DNA of 64,000 nt, from NCBI RefSeq assembly GCF_000181795.1, contig NW_003526940.1, positions 3,137,293 through 3,201,292 on the forward strand. The letters run 5' to 3'. This document shows, piece after piece, positions 50,581-64,000 of this stretch. How positions within the stretch are numbered: the stretch's first letter is position 1; every line of letters begins with the position of its first letter. The notes beneath the pieces were generated by a model. That model ran no database searches. It had not been told where the DNA came from and was given only the letters and a program-made list of their open reading frames with translations. The stretch comes from Trichinella spiralis (lineage: Eukaryota). The position numbers and the translations under genes are program-made.

Positions 50581-52071
50581 CATTAATAAAGGGGGTATCA
50601 GGGGGATTTCAAAATTACAAATTATTGTTTGTGGATAAAGATTGACGCTAAGGACAGCCGCTTTGTTTATTAAAGCTTGGAATATAAACTCTTATTTGCC
50701 AATATCTTTAAGCGTACATAGCAACAGACTACTGGCACCAGCTTACTCGCCACAATGGCATGGATGGTAAAATCCTATTCATATCATTGAGGTACAACCT
50801 TGAATGTACCATCAGTACCCCAAGTTTTTACGGTTGCCATCAGTCTATATAGGTCAGGTGCTCATCTACCCGGTAGGTTTCAACGTGATCTTTACTATCG
50901 ATCCCAGCCGGAACTTCTAAATCTGTCAACACTGCACCCCCGCCGCCTTCTTTATCCTATACCAATATAAAGTAATTGTTAATAACTAGGAACACATGCT
51001 GTACATTCAGCGCATACTTTTGAACATCTCCAATATCTCTGTTTGCGGGCACGTTTTAATTTATATATCCTGCCTACCATACCACCGAATTGGACCAAAT
51101 CCCGCAACGATTTGGTACAAGATGTAACTCAGGGTACTGAGCAATAACAAGGAACAGAATAGAAAATGATTCGAATAACTCTGGAACGGAAAGCACTGAA
51201 CGCAAACGCAACACCAAAAGTGAAAATAAATTGTACAGTTTTGAATTTCATTTTAAATAACCANNNNNNNNNNGATAGGTAATCATTCCGAAAAAAACCA
51301 TTACAAGAAGTAGGTTAAATAGTGATTTTATTTTTCGTAGCCAACGAGCACTAACAACAACAATAGTAAACAACATATCAGTGAACGACATTAACAAAGT
51401 GGTATCAGGGGGATTTCAAAATTACAAATTATTGTTTGTGGATAAAGATTGACGCTAAGGACAGCCGCTTTGTTTATTAAAGCTTGGAATATAAACTCTT
51501 ATTTGCCAATATCTTTAAGCGTACATAGCAACAGACTACTGGCACCAGCTTACTCACCACAATGGCATGGATGGTAAAATCCTATTCATATCATTGAGGT
51601 ACAACCTTGAATGTACCATCAGTACCCCAAGTTTTTACGGTTGCCATCAGTCTATATAGGCCAGGTGCTCATCTACCCGGTAGGTTTCAACGTGATCTTC
51701 ACTATCGATCCCAGCCGGAACTTCTAAATCTGTCAACACTGCACCCCCGCAGCCTTCTTTATCCTATACCAAAATAAAGTAATTGTTAATAAGTAGGAAC
51801 ACATGCTGTACATTCAGCGCATACTTTTGAACATCTCCAATATTTCTGTTTGCGGGCACGTTTTAATTTATATATCCTGCCTGCCATACCACCGAATTGG
51901 ACCAAATCCCGTAATGATTTGGTACAAGATGTAACTCAGGGTACTGAGCAATAACAAGGAACAGAATAGAAAATGATTCGAATAACTCTGGAACGGAAAG
52001 AACTGAACGCAAACGCAACACCAAAAGTGAAAATAAATTGTACAGTTTTGAATTTCATTTTAAATAACCAT
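50581..52071 (-). mobile_element. Two near-identical internally deleted family-A MULE fragments
   Basis: 50581-51263 duplicates ~51390-52071; minus strand reads WGTDGTFKVVPQ*Y...GKLVPVVCC. Confidence 0.75.
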
Positions 52072-52419
52072 TTTGCAACAATATTTAGTTTTCATTTTAT
52101 ATTTTATCTACAATCGAAGATCAACTTCTGATATTCCTTGTAGCACTAATGCTTTTTGTTGATACTGACAGAATAAAATTAATCACACACAAATAGCGCA
52201 CGAAGAACACGTTGTGACGCGGACGTCCACCATGAGCAGCTGTGCACAATTCATCATTTAGCTTTGTACTAAAATCGCCTTTATCAATTCATCTGATATG
52301 ACAAAAGACGGGAAAAAATGCAGCACATTTATCAAACTCATAGAACAAAGCCGTATTATGTCTAACTGGCGGAAACAAGCGTTAAATGACTAGTAAGAAA
52401 AGGTGTAGAAATTAAACTA

Positions 52420-53700
52420 TACCGGTAAAAAGAGTAAGAGTTGGGAGTGTTCAAAAGTATGTGCTGAATGTACTGAATGTGTTCTTTTTCATTAACAATC
52501 TGTTTGTTTCGGTATAGGACAAGAAGGGGTGCAAAGGCTCAGTATCCACCAACCTGGATGTAACACCTGTGCCTCTCATATGGAAGCATGCCCGGTGGAT
52601 CCGCACTAGGCATACAAAATGGAAAAATGGCGGTTCTAAAAAAGCGAAGCGCGGAATAAACGAAACCCATCTTCGTCATATACGACGAGGAAGCCTCCGC
52701 CGCCTCTGCTGAGCCATCAACATCTTGCTATTTTCTGGTTTTTAAACGGGTAAAGTCCACGATATACAGCCACCGGTCAAAGCGCTACCCAAAACTGCCT
52801 GAACATTGTTGTCAGAACTTGCAAATCTCTGACGCATTCAGGACAACGAAGGCCAGTGAAGATTTTTTATTGTGGTAGTGTGCGTCAAAGCATATCCTGA
52901 TCTTTTCGACGGCCGATAACATTAGACTACTGGCAGCCTTGAAAACCTGGGCCATGGATGGCACATTCAAAGTTGTACCTCAATGCTATCAACAGCTTTT
53001 TACCATCCATACCGTTGTGGCTGGTAAACTGGTCCCAGCAGTCTATTGTTTATGTACCGGCAAAGATATTGGCACTCACGGGTTCATTTTTCAAGCTTTA
53101 ATAAACAAAGTGGCAGTTCTGGTGGTCGACCTTAATCCAGATACCATTATCTGTGATTTTGAAACAGCGTTCATACCTGCCATTCAGGGCCACTTTCCAA
53201 ATACGCGGGTACAGGGCTGCTAATTCCACTTCTGCCAAGCGGTACATAGGAAAGTGAGTGAGCTGGGCTTAAAAACGAGATATCGAATCGAAGAAGAAAC
53301 AAAAAAAGATAAAAATGCTCATTGCCACCGCTTTCCTCCATGTACCAGAAGTTGACACGGGCGTTACACTGCTTGAAGCAGGCACTACGGGTACCCTGGC
53401 AGCTTTATTTCATTACTTTAAGCAAGGGTGGATGACCGATGATAGACTGCCGTTTTGGAATGTACATAATGTAAACATTAGGACAAATAACCACTTGGAA
53501 TGTTGGCATAATCAGTTCAACAAAAGAGCGGGAAAAGTCACGTCAGGTTTTATGAACTGCTCCAGCTCTTGATAGCAGAACAGGGTGTGGTGAACACGCT
53601 CATCAACCAGCTGCTATCAAGAAATCCTGCCGCTGGTTGCTTAAGACGGGTAAACCGTACTTATGCTGAGAAACAACGATGGATCATAAGATATACCGTA
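52420..53700 (+). pseudogene. FLYWCH-MULE transposase pseudogene, family A (most complete copy)
   Basis: WAMDGTFKVVPQ...IICDFETAFIPAI..FPNTRVQGC*FHFCQAV (CxxH) ...RTNNHLECWHN (catalytic Glu); multiple stops and frameshifts. Confidence 0.9.
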
Positions 53701-54385
53701 TTGATTAATAATCCTAGATTGATGTTCTTCTTCCGCTTTGGATTATGGCTGACGATTTGAGTTTGGTTTTAAATATTCCAAATAACTATAATTCACTACA
53801 CGAATGTAGAGTTCACCAGCTGAAACACACCAATGCTTGACAGATAGACATGGGATGGATTTTTGATTGACAAAAATGAAAAAAAATATTTTGCTCAAAA
53901 TTTATTCTAATCTGAAGTTTCAGTAACTGCTCTGTTTACCAAAGTATAAACAAATGTGTTCGTAAATTCGTCACAAATCCATCAACTGGGTCACCCGCGG
54001 TGCCCAACAACAAATGATGGAATAATGTTTCTTTGCTATAAGGCAAAAATAATGCAAAGTTGCCGGCCAAAAGCACTGGATTTTGTGCCGATGGAAAGCT
54101 GCCAAACCAAACCGGTTTCAACATTTATTCATTAGCCACATATTTGCCGGCATTTAGCTGCCTCACAGTGAACAAGTGCGTGGCATTTTTGTACAGCGAT
54201 ACAATCATTTTAAACAAAGCGACTAGCCATGTGGCTTTCAGTGCAGTTCTTCACTTGTGATTCCCACAAGAGCCACGAAAGAAAAATTCAGTATAGGGTT
54301 GGCTTGCTGGTATCGGTGTTTCGCTTAGTTTGTAATTGCACTTGGCATCATAAAAGGTATAAAGAGAGCTCTAGAGCCTGGCTAT

Positions 54386-57300
54386 TTAAGCCATGCTTTC
54401 AGAATCCAGATTTAGCTCGTTCAAAAAATTCAATTTTTTCTGTCCTCTCTTGTTAATTACAAAATAAGACCGAATGATTTGAAATTGTCCATTTTTTAAT
54501 TAAACAAAAAGCTCACATTGTCAATACACTTCTTTGAATTCACATTATTCTTTACCGTAAACCTGAGCGTTTTTCAAATAAGTTATTGCAGCTTTAGCGA
54601 CATTTTCTGCAGTGTCCAAAATAGTATCGTCTGGTACAGGCAGTTCTGTCAGCAGTTCACTCATCTGTACCACTTGCTTATCACTGAACAACTGCTGAAA
54701 TATGGACAATAGTTTAAGTGCAATTTCTGTTCGACACTGTCTAAAATTGAAGTTTATCAAAAAAAAACAACTCTCAACATTCACATATTACGACTAACAA
54801 CTGCAAAATATTGTCAGACGGAACAAAGCACAGCTTGGTGGCTAATTTCTTCAGTTTTCGTTTAGTTACTGCAGAGGATTTCGTCATCGATTCAACCTGA
54901 TTCAAAAAATAAAAAAAAGAAACCAATAATACATAAAAAGAATGCAATGTTCAATGAATCCTACTTCAATATGATGAAATTACACCAAGATTAAATGTAC
55001 GTACCTTACCGGGATCCATTTTCATCAATTCGATCGCTTCAAAATATATTTCTCCCAGAAAATGCCATTCGGAAATGCTAGAGGAATGTTTTTCCAGTGT
55101 CAATTTTTTAATGTTCAACAATTCATCGAATTTTCCTAAACAAAAAAAATTAAAACTTTCTTACATATCAATCACAGCACAAAAATCACTTGAAGCAAAA
55201 CCATACCCTCGAGAAACAGTTTTGGACCAATGTGTTCTGTGAACAGTTGATGCGCCATGTTATAGTTGCACGCTTTCAATTGCCATTTAAATTCAGCCCA
55301 GAAATCCTCTTCTGCATGTGCTCTTAATGCCTGCAAGAATGTTCGTGGTCAAACAAAAAGAAAAAAGTAAAAACATGAATGCGCTGAAACCATAGAACTG
55401 AAAAGCCATTTCTCTGGAATACCAATGGCTTTCACCAGAAAGGACCAAACCTCTTCGTCAGCGCTAAATCCACGGTAAGCAATCATTCTCTGTATGGCAG
55501 TTATTCTTGTTTTCGAGTCTGCAATATGGGAAAGGACAAAAATAGCCCAATGCCAAAGACCAAGCTCTTCTAACTGAGCAGCATAAGCGCAGTGCAAAGC
55601 ATTCAACTGTTCATTCGAAACATTCGTATAACCAACTGCATGCAAAATTGTCCAAAGATGCCAACTGAAGTAACAGAAAAAAAGTTATTAAAAAAATTTC
55701 AAATAAACCTCAAAATTCAAAATAACGTCATTTAATTTATCATAAACCGCACATCAGACTGGCTGAACAACATTTATATTTACCAATGAAACAATAATAA
55801 CTGTTCAATTTAAAATTTCAAAATCAACTAAACAACAACTCACTTTATTTCATCTGAAAACAATTTCATTAATCCAGCAAACGTCTTGTAATTTATTCAT
55901 GTAAAATTCATTAATTTCTTTTTTTTCTTACCTGACTGAATGTTAACATAGAATAACATGCCAAATAAATCATATATACAGTAACACTACTGCGCAGAAT
56001 TGGGAAAGAATATTAGAAGGAGAATTAAATTCAAAAAGGGATCAACGAAAAAAGCTTGTACACTTTGAATATTCAACCGAACGTTTTTCTTAGAAAATTT
56101 CACTTTACAACAAAGTATGTAGAATATATTTGAAATTCAATTAAAAATTCAACATATAAAGACACTTCAATTTCCCTCATACCTCAAATGGTAATCCAAT
56201 GGATCTTCTGACCACGTAGAGTTATTCAGTACACTTTCCAGTGAATGCTTCGTGTTGACAAAAAGCATCAACAAGTGATACAAAATGTCTGTTGCTACAC
56301 AGTCTGAACTACTGTTGTACAAGTAGAGTGGAGAAGGCTTCGGAACGGAAAATTTCTCATGTTCCCAAAACTCACTGTAATGTTTCAGCGCATTTTCGAC
56401 AGATATTGCACCCCCATCGTAGTACCTGAAAATGACAATTGCATGTATTATTTAAAAAAAGAAAAAAGAAAAAAAAACAGCTAGAAATCTTCACACCAAA
56501 GAAAAAATGCAAATGCTGACAACCAATGAACATTGTGAAGTACGTCAATTACTCGGTTACCACTGCGACGCCACGTCACCTGACCAGCGATCAACAAATA
56601 TAATTTGAAAATTTTCGGATTTATAAAATTATCAACCTAAATAATATTTGAACAAAGTACTACTAATGATGAAATAGTTCTATATATAATACTTTAGATA
56701 CGGTCCATGCTTGCAGCTGATCAAGCATCAATTTGCGAGATTCGTCAGCAAGAGTTGCTTGACTAAGCAACGTAGATAATCGATAACACTTTTCAGATTG
56801 GCAAAGTTCAACAGCCTCATCAATGCTACCTTTGATTAGCAATAAAAATATCTCATCAAAAATCTGAAACATGACAATAAAAATTAAAAATACAACAGCA
56901 TAACTAACTGTAAATGAAAAATCTCAAACCTGAAAATCGTCGTTAAGTTCATGATTAAAAATGTATCGTCCACTGCGATTTATTAGCCAATCAGATAATT
57001 TCTGCAAATCGATTACATCTTTCAAATCATCATCACTTTCTAAAAGAACAAATAAATCAATTGTCCATTTAGAACAGATCAAAGTAGAGCTTACCAGGTC
57101 GAGGTTCCCAAAGCGCTTTGCAAAGCAGCACTGCATCCCGGCAGAGTTCAACATCTGGACAATCTGAGAACATTTCGCACATGGAACAATGTTATAAAAA
57201 GAAAAAAAATCAAATTTCATCAACTACTACTACTTTTAGTTTGGTCTTTTAAAATTTCATCGTACGCGACAATTAGCTTCACAGCATCGACAGGCGAAAA

Positions 57301-60300
57301 AAATGGAGACGAATCTTTATCCAATCTTTCGCTTAGATCGAAGCAGCATTTGAGCAACATTTTCAGAACATTCTGAAAATGGATAACTTTTAGAAGAGCG
57401 TTTGAAAAAATACAATCATATATTATTACAAAATAACTGTCAAAAAGGAAACATTTGAGCATTATGCAAAAACAAATGCATATCCCTAATGACAATTTTT
57501 TGCAATCTGTTGCAACTAAGTTAGCAGTGTTTTTTTCTTATTTTTTTGTTTAATAATAAATAATTAACAAAAGTGTAAAATTTATGCGCAAAATTCAATA
57601 TGTATACTTACTTTAAACGCTTCATCGTCACGTTTGGTTTTCATTTGCAAACGTGTAATGGTCGACATGGTATTACTACCTGAAAATAAGAACAACAACA
57701 ACAACAACGTTTCCTGAGAAATAAATCAATACAAATAGCATAATAATAATAATAATACAAGAGGAATATGAGACTCTGTTGCAATGCCATCCTATTCGAC
57801 ATTCGTTGGACAATTGTCTGTGGTGCAGTTTAGCTGGCAAGTGATTCAAAATGGGAGATTTTTGAGGTGGAATAAATTCCACATTAAATTGAACTGCAGT
57901 TGTTTCAGATTCATCGGAAATACAGACATCGTCAGGCTTCTTTTTGGTCTCGGCTAAAATTGCTGCTTCTTTACTTTTTTCATCTTTTCCACCAATATCT
58001 GTCTCATCTATACAGAGAAAAATAAACAAAACTGTTCATATATTTTCTTTTATTCACCATCAAAGTAACTGACCAATCATCAACATGCTGCTTTCGTATA
58101 GGTCGGTTAAAGATGGCAATTGATTAACTTTTTCTTCTTTTTTCATTGAAATGCGTCCAGTTTTCAAAATTGGTAAACCAATACCGCAATCAACTCCTTT
58201 CAAAAGTTTCTCACTACTTGCCAATGCTAATCTTATGCTAGAGTGGGTAATATTTTTTGACTGGTTAGTTTTCAACCGTTCTGCGACCACTCCTTCCGCA
58301 CCATCAGCAGCACCTGTACAAACATACAGAAATATATCGAGAAGAAAAACTTTAAAAATAACAACCAATAATGAGATATTTTTTACTGATATTGCTCTGT
58401 TCGATTGTTTTCTTTTTAGCTGTAGATTCCGACGTGATTTTTCCATTAGCAGAAATGGAAGACGATTTCGGACTTTCAGCGCCCAATTTCACAACAGACG
58501 ATACCGTTGTACAAATACTATTCGCTTTGGGATGAGGCTAGAAATTAAACAAAAATTTTCTCTTTTAAATTTCACTCTTCCATTTTGAAAATTCTACATC
58601 AAACCGATTTATCTTTCGTTTCTTTCTTTTCGACAATTTTTTCTTCCGACTGCTTTGAAAGTGGTCCCCCATTTTCTTCAGCTTCATCCGAATCATCGTC
58701 CAATCCATATTTTGAAAAATGCTTCACCTTGAATAAGACAAAAAATGTAGAAATAGAAACAATTTCCAAATTCATATTCTTCTTCCTCCCAACATCAACA
58801 ACGGGATCAAGAAGAAAAAGAAGAAGAAGAAGAAGAAATATCATGCTCGCGCTTACTTCAAAAATCCAAGAACCAGTAGTTGGAGCATAACTGACAAATT
58901 TCGCGTTCATTTTTTCACACGCCCGTTTCAACTTTTCCTCATAACCAAGATGTTCCAATCGTTTAGCATCCTGAAATCAGTTTTTTTTTTCAAATAAATA
59001 AAACAATTTTGTCAGTCAAATGAAATTTTAAACTTTGACGATGAAACGATGAAAAAAATAATTATTTCCAAATATTATTAATTTTACTTTGATTGGTTCT
59101 TGACGAGTTTTGTCATTGGGCCAGACACGTTCCAATGTGATTATAGCAGCCCGATTCAAGCCCTGACCTATTGGTGGCTTGGACGAGGCGTCCGGATAGA
59201 CGGTCACTTCCTTCAGTTCAAAGAAGACGAGCTTGTCCAAATTGAGATCGGTCAAATTCAACGGTCCTCGCCAAACAATTTTCCCATATCCATGTCGACC
59301 AACTTCGAAACGGTCAACAACGCACTCGCCCGAGCGTGTCATTTTCGACGCCAGTTCGTCCAAATTTGGCGTGAAATAATAATCCGAACGTGTTGATGTG
59401 ATTTTCAAGCCTTTCTTGTTGAATAATTTCACTCCTGTCGACGACGTTCCACTGTCGTTCAGGTCGACAACGTTGGTCGACGCTGACGTTGAATAATTAT
59501 TCTTATCCGACATTTTGCTTTCAATTCCACTTCTACTAGGACCACCACTGGAGGCGATGTGGTCGTATTCAGAAACTTCAACCGTTCCATTTATCGAAAA
59601 ATCCGACGACTTGGTAATGCTTGGACTGCTGTTCGATTTGGCTTTTCGATCTCTGGATGTATTATTATTGATCAGTGAAACGGCCGCGCTTTCATTGTCT
59701 GCATGGGAACCGTTGCTCAAACTGAAAATCCATTTATCATCAATTATATGAAAAACAAAATTATCCAATTGTATAAATTTTCTTCATTTTATATTTTTTA
59801 CTTCGATCCCTCATCTATTGACGTAATTGGCTTCGCATTATCGAAAAATGATAATTCCGGTAGAAACGGGGTACAATTCGTATTGGAACACTAAAATTAT
59901 CACTGCTTTATCAAAGAAAAAAAAACAGAATTTTCATCATTTCTTACTCTTATTTCAAATAAATTATCATTGTCAACAAAATAATTTTTATTAACCACAC
60001 ACACTGCACGTACATTTTAAAAATAACACTAATAAACAACAATTCAGGCAATCGAAAATTTATAAAAATAAAACAGTTAGTAAATATGAAATGAACGGTC
60101 AACACAATTTAAACAAGCAGATGACAAAGTAAATTGGAAACTAATAACGCACATGTATATATAAATAGAAAATTCTTTTACAATAAATAATGATGCTATC
60201 ATGAACAGAAAATACAAATTTCTCAAATCAATTAACTAATAGAATGGCAAATTAGCTGTCTTGTTTATTCGGCAAATGAATAATCATTTTACCTGAACAC

Positions 60301-61168
60301 GTTTCTTCAGCACGAGCTTTTTTATCCTGTCCCTTGGTACAAAACCATCATGCGAACCGCTCACCACTTCTTCGTCCAAATCATCAACCAGTGCTGCCAA
60401 GCTCTTAAGTGAAAAGAATATTAAAAAATAAAAAGAAAATAATGCACAAATTAAAAAAAAAACATGCCTTAGCTTGTCGACTGCTAGCTTGCAAGCGGTC
60501 CATGATTGGTTTTGTAGGTATGCGTGGTGATGACCGAACCGGAGGTAGCATGACCGTTTCCGGTACTACTCTAGACAAAGTGGATAAATCCAAAGCTTTG
60601 CGCATCTGCAGTGGATCTGTTGGATTTTTCAATAACTCCGAATGAGATTCGGTTAATTTCAACAACGGACTTTCGCCGTACGGTGAATTTGCCATCGCTT
60701 GCAACTGAGAACGAACCAAATTTTCTTGCGCTGCCAGAACATTCGGATCACTGGAATTGCAAACAAAAAAAAATATCGATCAAGATATATTATTTCAAAT
60801 CAAACATGCTTACGTTCCAATGGGCACAACGTAATTTGTATTAAGACCTGCACTTTGCTGTGCAACTCCGGGAAAAGAAGAACTGCTCAATGCATTTGCT
60901 TTAAAAAATATACAACAGACTATTTTTATTTCAAAAAAAATATGTAAATATGAAAAACTTTTACCAACCTGGGACAGAAGAAGAAAAAAAAGATAGCGTC
61001 GGCTTGGTGTTAGCTGGAGCACCGAATAAATTTCCAGCAATAGTACTCGAAGGTTGGCTGCTGCCAAATAATCCACTGCCCGAGAACAGTGATGGCTGTC
61101 CAAAAGCTGTCCCAAACAATGACTTTTGTTGTTGCTGTTGTTGCTGCTGCTGTTGCTGTTGTTGCTGT

Positions 61169-61212
<44 letters not shown>

Positions 61213-63930
61213 TTGCTGTTGCAGTGACGTTATTCCACCAAATAAACTTGGTTGTGCTAAAAATATTCACGTGAAAAATTAAAGTTCAAGAAAAAATAAA
61301 CGCTTAACGCTGGCGGGTCAATCAGTCCAAGACAAACACGTGCAAGCTTACAAGTGGGCTGAGGAAAGCCCAATGTTGATGTGCCAAAAGTAGGAAAAAG
61401 TGATGCTGCTGTAGTAGTAGCTGTTTTATTTCCAAACAGACTACCACCAAACAAAGATGCCGTAGTAGCAGGCACCGCAGGCACAGCTCCAAATGGTGTC
61501 TGCTGCGTCTGTCCAAAAATGTTCGCCTTAATAATAAAGCATAAGCCGAGTGTCATCCCTTCAATCGATGATTAAATTACTTGAGTTGCTGCAGGTTGAG
61601 ATTGCAGCTGAGGTTGTCCAAACAGAGATGTCTGGCCAAATATAGATCCAACTGTAGTTGCTGTACTAGTCGCTCCCAAAGCAGGTTGTCCAAAAATGCC
61701 CTAATAATAAATGTTGAAAATGAATAAAATATTTTCACATGCCAACAAATGCTTGTTGCAAAAATAAACCTGCTGTGGCTGTTGTGGTTGCGTTTGACCG
61801 AACAATCCTCCTGTTGGGGCAGCTGTATTAAAGCTGAAAACTGACGTTGTCGTAGCCGGCGTGCTACTGAATAATGAAGAACCAAAAATATTAGTAGTCT
61901 GTTGAGCAGTAGTAGCCGTTTGACCAAACAAGCCAGTGGATGGCTGTGATGCACCAAATGTACCTTAAAACCGATGAATGCTTTATTGAAACAAACAGAC
62001 GAACATCATAACAACACGGTCACCACGCATTTGCCTTACTTGTTCCAAACAACGGTTTTGCTTGATTACCAAAAAGAGAAGGAGCTGAGCTCGCTTGAGC
62101 TGGTGTAGTTGAAAACAGTGAGCCAGCATTACTCTGTGGAGCGCCAAATCCAAATGTAGCCGCCGCAACTGGGCCTTTACGGTTTGCCAAATAATCTTCA
62201 ACTCTAAGTTCCTAATTACATAATACTGTTATAATTACAGGTAAAAAAATTAAATTTAGAAGAATAAATTTAAATTCGGTACAAAATAAATAAAAACAAA
62301 ACTACACACGTTAATATATATATATATATATATCAAAATAAATTATCATAATGAAAGCTCATTTGAAAAATTAAGAAAAATGTAAAAAAAATATTTCCTT
62401 CATTTTTCCTTATATATTACTTCTTCATGCATACTTTATTTACAGATAAATATTCAGAAAATAATTCATAATTGCAAACCTCTACACCACGTAAATGACA
62501 TTTTAGTTAAAATTCTGCGTTTAAAATTTTAAATATTAACTATCAATAAAAATTAAAAAAATATTAGTACACCAACAGTTACATTTTATATGTAAAACCA
62601 ACTGTCTATTGCTTCAATCAACTTCAAAAAAAACTTTTTTTGATTTTCCAAGTACTTCCGCTTGAAAAATTTGTTACATTTTACATAAATTTACATACGC
62701 TAAATATAAAGCAATACTTTAAAACATGTTTATGAACATTAAAAAAAATACTCTGAGGATCAATTCCGACTAAACTGATAATAATTATTTTCGAATTAAA
62801 ACATCGCAAATTAATAATAAATAAATTTTACAGATTTAATACAAAAAATAAATGCAACTGTTTAAATTTATCTATGTAATAAATCTTAGAATTTTCAAAA
62901 CGAAATTGAAAATAAACTTCATCATCAAAGCATACTGTAATTCATCTAATGTGAACAACAACATATAGTATGACGATAATAAACAGAGTAATATACGAAT
63001 TTTACCTCAAAACTTTTCCCTTCATAATGTTTCATTCCAGTTATGCACTGAAGTTTTGTACTTATAGCAGTTTGTATGTTATTCCTCATCATTGTGTCGC
63101 TACCAACAACTGGTTCAAATTTCACTGTTGTACCACTAGCAGTTGTAGTCGAACCAAACAACGATGAACTAGTTGTAGCTGGTGCACCAAAGATGTTGGT
63201 CGCCGCCGCTGGCTGTCCTGCTGGTTGCCCAAATATTGAAGTCGTTCCAACAGTGCCTAATATTACAAAAAATGAAAATTCCTTATAAACAAAATCGCTG
63301 TAATTACCGAATGTTGATGGCGCTGAAGCTCCAAACAATGGTTTATTTTGAGTAGAACTGAAAATGGACGATGCTTGTGCACAAAATGTAGGAGCTAAAA
63401 TATCAATCGAAAGAAATTAAATAATATTAATATTTCACATACTTGTCCCAAAAAGCGATCCCTGAGTAGTAGCTGTAGATCCAAACAATCCTGTACCCGT
63501 GGAAGCCGGAGCAGTGCCAAATAAGCCAGTTGCTTGCGTAGCTGGTGTTGGAGCACCAAATAGGCCAGTAGTTTGCTGCTGACCAAACGGTGCATTAAAC
63601 GAGCCTGAAATATTTTTCGGTGAATTTCTCTAATTTAGAAGGAAACATTTTTCTTCAAATCAAATTCTCAACATATCGAATGATTAGGATGTTTATATTC
63701 GCACCTTATATGAAGTAAAAGCATGCATAGAAACAAATATGAATGAAAATTTATAAAATAATTAGAAGAACCACACACTTCGAAAAATTAAACGTCAACT
63801 GACAAATCTATACACAAACAACCTTAACAATATAAATGGAATTATCAAGGAAGTCAGTTGTTATTCAAACAGGCTTACCTGCGCCGGTTCCAAAGCCGGT
63901 TGTACCAAATGTTGGTTGATTTCCAAACAT
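54386..63930 (-). CDS. NUP98: Nuclear pore complex protein Nup98-Nup96 precursor (multi-exon; stop at 54386, or 54545 if the last intron is not spliced)
   Basis: Start MFGNQPTFGTTGFG; FG/LFG repeats; GLEBS motif GTTVKFEP...LQCITGMKHYEGKSFE/ELRVEDY; NSPYGESPL; autoprotease domain VGRHGYGKI..GQGLNRAAIITL..GSWIFE/VKHFSKYGL; Nup96 YAAQLEELGLWHWAIFVL. Confidence 0.96.
61126..61221 (-). repeat. CAA/CAG repeat encoding 32 Gln inside a Nup98 FG exon
   Basis: 96 nt in frame between SLFGGITSL and KSLFGTAFG. Confidence 0.9.
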
Positions 63931-64000
63931 TATTTTAACGTAATGAAGTCCACAATTAAATAAAGTATTATTACGTCAACTTGAAATGTTGATCCGAGTA

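Noticed and set aside
49255..51263. Extra MULE copies as a real tandem array
   Set aside because: Short gap-bounded contigs repeating adjacent sequence with noisy ends; likely assembly redundancy.
53936..54350. Possible small gene 3' of Nup98-96
   Set aside because: Frames are broken by stops and show no recognisable homology; cannot be supported.
60950..61282. Poly-Cys ORF on the + strand, and poly-Ala/Thr or Val frames
   Set aside because: Antisense or off-frame readings of the Nup98 polyQ exon.
1..64000. Prokaryotic systems (pAgo defence operon, CRISPR array), tRNA or rRNA genes
   Set aside because: The Argonautes have spliceosomal introns and eukaryotic AGO motifs; no repeat-spacer array or full RNA gene was seen, only PBS complementarity to tRNA 3' ends.

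Overview
AT-rich, intron-containing eukaryotic (nematode) scaffold with 11 N-gaps. The FLYWCH-MULE repeat families, short introns, histone stem-loops and Argonaute type suggest Trichinella (inference). Left end (~1.1-9.9 kb): a tight minus-strand cluster ZMAT2/Snu23 - OST3/OST6 (MAGT1/TUSC3) - CSL4/EXOSC1, partly present twice across a gap (probably assembly redundancy). Right end (54.4-63.9 kb): a complete Nup98-Nup96 precursor gene with a 32-Gln tract. The ~44 kb in between is accessory DNA: decayed MULE transposases and long inverted repeats, Gypsy remnants, three solo LTRs, a young RT-less BEL/Pao element, MITEs, several broken copies of an AGO-clade Argonaute (DEDH tetrad), and a stem-loop histone cluster (H2A, H2B, H3, plus an orphan stem-loop; no H4 seen). 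Standout observation: the intact H3 ORF reads ...KAAR-M27-IATNAD-R34-VKK, so it naturally carries both K27M and G34R, the two human oncohistone substitutions, beside divergent H2A and H2B. Exon boundaries were read by eye and are approximate.
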